From: Hemiscyllium ocellatum
Taxonomy: Eukaryota
DNA: 64,000 nt
Reading direction: 5' to 3'
NCBI RefSeq assembly: GCF_020745735.1
Contig: NC_083430.1
Span: 52,691,375-52,755,374 of the forward strand
Shown: in pieces, positions 59,922 to 64,000 of the stretch
How positions within the stretch are numbered: position 1 is the first letter of the stretch
Layout of the letters: each line of letters begins with the position of its first letter
Program-made: the position numbers and the translations under genes
The notes under the pieces: generated by a model
Told to the model about the DNA's origin: nothing
The model's database searches: none
What the model saw: the letters and a program-made list of their open reading frames with translations, nothing else

Positions 59922-62900
59922 CTACAAATAAACCTGTTGGCCTGTAACCTGATGTTGTGAGATTTTCAGCGATATTTGAATCACGAAGCACACTTCAACA
60001 GAAGACCCTGATAAGAGAGGTTTTTTTTAAGAAGAAAGCTCTGGGGTTTAAATGTTCCAAGGCATGCTCCAAATGACCTCCTGAAACCCAAACCTTCCCC
60101 TTCAGTAACAGCGAAAGGCCTCTGTAGCAAAGTTTTCTGCAATCAGATCAAGATCTTCGAGGGATGAATAATTGAAATAATTTATCAGCTTCTGGTTTCA
60201 TTTGGTTCCCACCAGATGCTTCAGTTAGGAGACTTCCACTATCTGGTTGCATTATCATGTTGCACCGAGGATCCCTGACATTGTTTCTGCACAAGATTGT
60301 TTGGTGTAAACTGGTGAGATTACTCCATCCCACTGCCTGTCCCCAGTGTTTTATTGGGCCTGTCCCTTCTGCCATTGTAGAGCCAGCTCAGCCTCCTGGG
60401 GCAATGCAAAAACAGGTTTCTGCCTATTTTAATTGACATTTGAACCTTGGACTATATTACAGTTTTTAGTAGAACATCACATAACTAAGCACAGATGGAA
60501 AGTATCTCAGTTCATATGCAGTTACTCCTTTGGGAAGCTCATGTGGAGGTGCTTTTCCGAAAGCTTGTGATTTCAAATAAATCTGTTGGACTGTAACCTG
60601 ATGCTGTGTGACTTCAAACAGTATGGAGAAAGGAGATGAGTTTCTGTTCTTGATTGGGATTAAGATAGACTAACTGCAAAATTTAAACAAGTAATCTGCT
60701 CATTGCAAAACTTAGTTTTAATTAGTAGAACTCTCGCGAGTGAGAGAAAGAATTCTTTTGTTTTATTTCTCTAATTTCCTCCTACCCCTGCATAAAATTT
60801 AAGAAATTGAGGTGTGAAAGGAAAATGTAGGCAATCGTTTGTGTGACAAGGCATCAATAATGCTCCTGATTTTGATAGCATTGAATGATAGGAAAGACCA
60901 TTTTTATTAGCGTATTATCTATAAGCATAAACCCAGTGTGGGCTGAGACGTCTAATTAAATATAGTTCAAGTATAGCTCTGTACCTATACTTTCAGAGTA
61001 AAATGGAGAAGTTGCCCATCATATTTTCCACCAAAAATTCAATGAATTATAGAGTGCGTCACATGTGGTGTGAATCACATCCTGTGAAAAGCCCTACATT
61101 CTCTTTTCAAGGTAGATAATTATTCAGTGTATATTTTGCTTCACTGAAATCTCTCAGTGGTCGCATTTTGAACTCGTATCTTTCTCTACAGCTGACTGAA
61201 ACAGTAATGTATGCTCTTTCACAAAGGCTTCTATCTTAATAAATATCTCTGAGGTGACAGAGATGTGCCTGTGAAAACCTAAATCACAAAAGAGTCATTT
61301 AGTCTCTCAGAGGTCACTGAAGACCTCTTGCTGTTCAACTTGTGACACTAAGTGTTGCTGGGTCATTCACAAACTGTTCTGAGCAAGAATTTTCAATCAT
61401 AATCTGAGCAGATGTCTGTTTTGAGACTGAGATTTAAAAGCTAAAGTCTATTGGCTTCTTTTGACTTTTAATTTTATTCTGTATAATTTGAATGAAGATT
61501 GGCTGCAGGTTTGGGAAATGCCCATGCAATAATAATATTAACAAGTCCACTCCGGTTTAAACTGGTTTTTATGTCGATTTGCACTGTGTAAGTGGATGTC
61601 AGAGAAAGGTCCTCTTGAGTGTAGTGCATTTTTGAAGCACATTGCTTGCGTTTAGAACTGTCTTGTGATACCCAACATTCATTAAATGAATATTATTAAT
61701 TTTGTCTTTCGTCCAAACTAGAAAATCATGAATAGATTTAAATTGATTTTAGGCTGCACGCCGATCACCTTTTTACGTATCCATTATAAAATAATTATTT
61801 TAAGCAGCAAAACATCTTGAATCATTTGAAACTATGTATTTTTATGTGTGAAGAAGTATTAACTTGGATATCTTTGATAATAATATTACACATAATTGCT
61901 AACCATCCAGCTCAACTGAAGAAATCTTCTGCAGACTTGAGCCAAATCCAATACTTCCTGAAATGGTCAAAATTGTCAATAGGTGAAGTGTAAATGGAGT
62001 GCAAAAAATGTCTAGTGACTCAGTGGTAATGTCCCCCTCTCTGGGCTAAAGGGTCCAGATTAATTCCTGACTTCCCTGGAGATGTGTGATAACATGATCA
62101 AACCAGTTAATTAAAAATAGCTACAATGGAGTGCGGTGATTCTACAAACCAAGATGTGATTTAAATAACATTGAAAATAAGAATTTCTTCCCGAAATTCA
62201 TCAAAAGTATGCAGTATGCTTGAGGTTAGATTTATATTTTGTATTTCAAAACATAGTTGTTACACAGTCAATGCAGTAGTATTTCTCTGATCCTCTCGAT
62301 AAGATACAGAAGTAAGGAGACTATTGTGCATGAGCCAGCTCTTCAAAAGAGGAAACTTGATTGTTTCACCCCCAGCTCTTTCCTTTATAACTGCAATTTT
62401 TTTCCCTTTCAAGTATGTATCCAATTCCCTTTTCTGGTTTCAGCACCTGTTTGTCCAATGTAGTGTTTCTGTGTTTCATGCACAAGCCCCTTTGTAATGC
62501 AATGTTCTGCAGCTTTTCTCCATTTAATAATACACTGTTCTTTTGTTTGCCCTTCCAAAATGAACAACTTCACATTTTCCCACATTATATTCCATTTTCC
62601 AACTTTTTGCCCACTTATTTAACCTATCAATATCTCTCCGAAATTGTTTGTATCCATCTTGAAACTTGCCCATCCAAATTTGTTTTCCCCAATATCGCAG
62701 CAGAGTAGTTGGGCTGGGCCCGCGGCCCATCTCATCCCTTTGGCTTTCTTTCCCCTTCTTTTTTTTTGCTCTTTCTCTTTTCATTTGATTTCTTTCGTTT
62801 AATTCCGGGGGAGAGGGACAGGTGAAAAGAGAGGCCTCTGGTGGCAGTAACAGCAACACCAGGATGAGCCGGACACAGCTCCACCCAGCCCGGGGTCTCC

Positions 62901-64000
62901 CAGTGAGCGAGGAGCAGGTCCTGGGCTGACTCCCCATGCCTGGAATTGGAGTTTAGGCCAAGGCTCAAGGTCCTCAGTTAGGCCCAAGTACCTGAAGGAG
63001 GAGAAGTGGTGGTCTTGTCACGGCATGGAGGTCTCGTCCCTGTGTGGAGGTCTTGAGAAGGTGGTGGTGAGCTACCTTAGAACATAGAACAATACAGGCC
63101 CATTTGGCCCGTGATGTTGCGCCGACCTGTGAACTATTCTCAGCTCATCCCCCTACACTATCCCATCATCATCCATGTGCTTATCCAAGAATTATTTTAA
63201 ATCTCCCTAATGTGGCTGAGTTGTCCTTTAATTGCTGTCGCCCAGTGGTGTGGGAATTTGAAGATTTTGACCCACTTTGTATTTAAACTTTTCTTGTCCT
63301 CAATCTGCCTAGTTTTCTGATGTACCAGTAACCTTTGCAGAATTGTAGTTTTCCTTTCAATTATATACGATCCTTCATTTCTTTATTAAACTATAGATTA
63401 AGCATCTTTCTCAAAGAGTTTCTTTCTCTTTGGGGATAAAGCTTTGTTGGGTATTATTAAGTATCTCCTTAAAGGCCTGACCATACAATCTAATGTCCCA
63501 CCTTTTAACCTACTTTCCCAGTTCACTTTAGGTATAATTAATTTTATTTAGGTTTAAAATGTCTGTCTTAGAACTAAACAAAAAAAAATCCAAAGAATTG
63601 TGAATGCTGGAAATCAGAAACAAAAATAGAAATTGCTCAAAAAAGATACTCAGCAGGTTTGGAAGTATTTGTGGAGAGAAAGCAGAGTTAACCTTTTGGA
63701 TCCAATGGCCTTTCTTCAGTACTGATGTGTGATTGGTAAAGGTTGGTCCATATCCTGAAGGTAAGGTAAAGGGACAGTGGGAGGAGTAAGCAATAGGTGG
63801 AGATTGAGCCCAGAGAGAGAGAAAAGCATTTGGGCAGACAAAGGGCTGGGTAAAGGTCATCCTGGCAGAATGAATCATTCTGACGAAGGGTCACTTGACC
63901 CCAGGTATTAACTCTGATTTCTCTCCACAGATGTTGCCAGACCTGCTGAGCTTTTCCAATAATTTCTATGTTTGTCCCTAAAATTGTTGAACTCGATATT

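Larger units (their letters stand above)
55504..60423 (-). pseudogene. Candidate decayed multi-exon gene of unknown family (exon-like blocks 60094-60423, 58840-59190, 58476-58572, 55504-55617)
   Basis: AG/GT-bounded blocks with compatible phases (2-2, 2-2, 2-0, 0-stop). The last block is stop-free (..RRIPSYIYPRNQGLVYHTLK*) with AATAAA at 55298-55303 (-). The upstream blocks carry 14 in-frame stops. Confidence 0.35.

Overview
Eukaryotic, repeat-rich vertebrate genomic DNA; the CR1, Penelope and SINE repertoire suggests a cartilaginous fish (shark), which is inference only. Three intact spliced genes were reconstructed by hand. (1) A B7-family, CD276-like type I membrane protein on + (coding 2945-11872, 283 aa, leader-IgV-IgC-TM) whose IgC domain lacks both canonical cysteines. 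(2) Archease/ZBTB8OS on - (42884-31805, 7 exons, 162 aa). (3) IQCC on + (43047-53228, 5 exons, 235 aa), head-to-head with archease across a 162-bp bidirectional promoter. There is also a tRNA-Gln(CTG) gene (25669-25740), a tandem duplication with a gene-conversion-like core, and a candidate decayed multi-exon gene on - at 55.5-60.4 kb. The most striking non-gene signal is a population of Penelope-derived mini-elements carrying minimal hammerhead ribozyme cores (CTGANGA-stem-GAAA-NUH). One 532-bp TSD-flanked element has three hammerheads, two of which bracket a 262-nt retrozyme-like monomer in sense orientation inside the B7 gene's intron.
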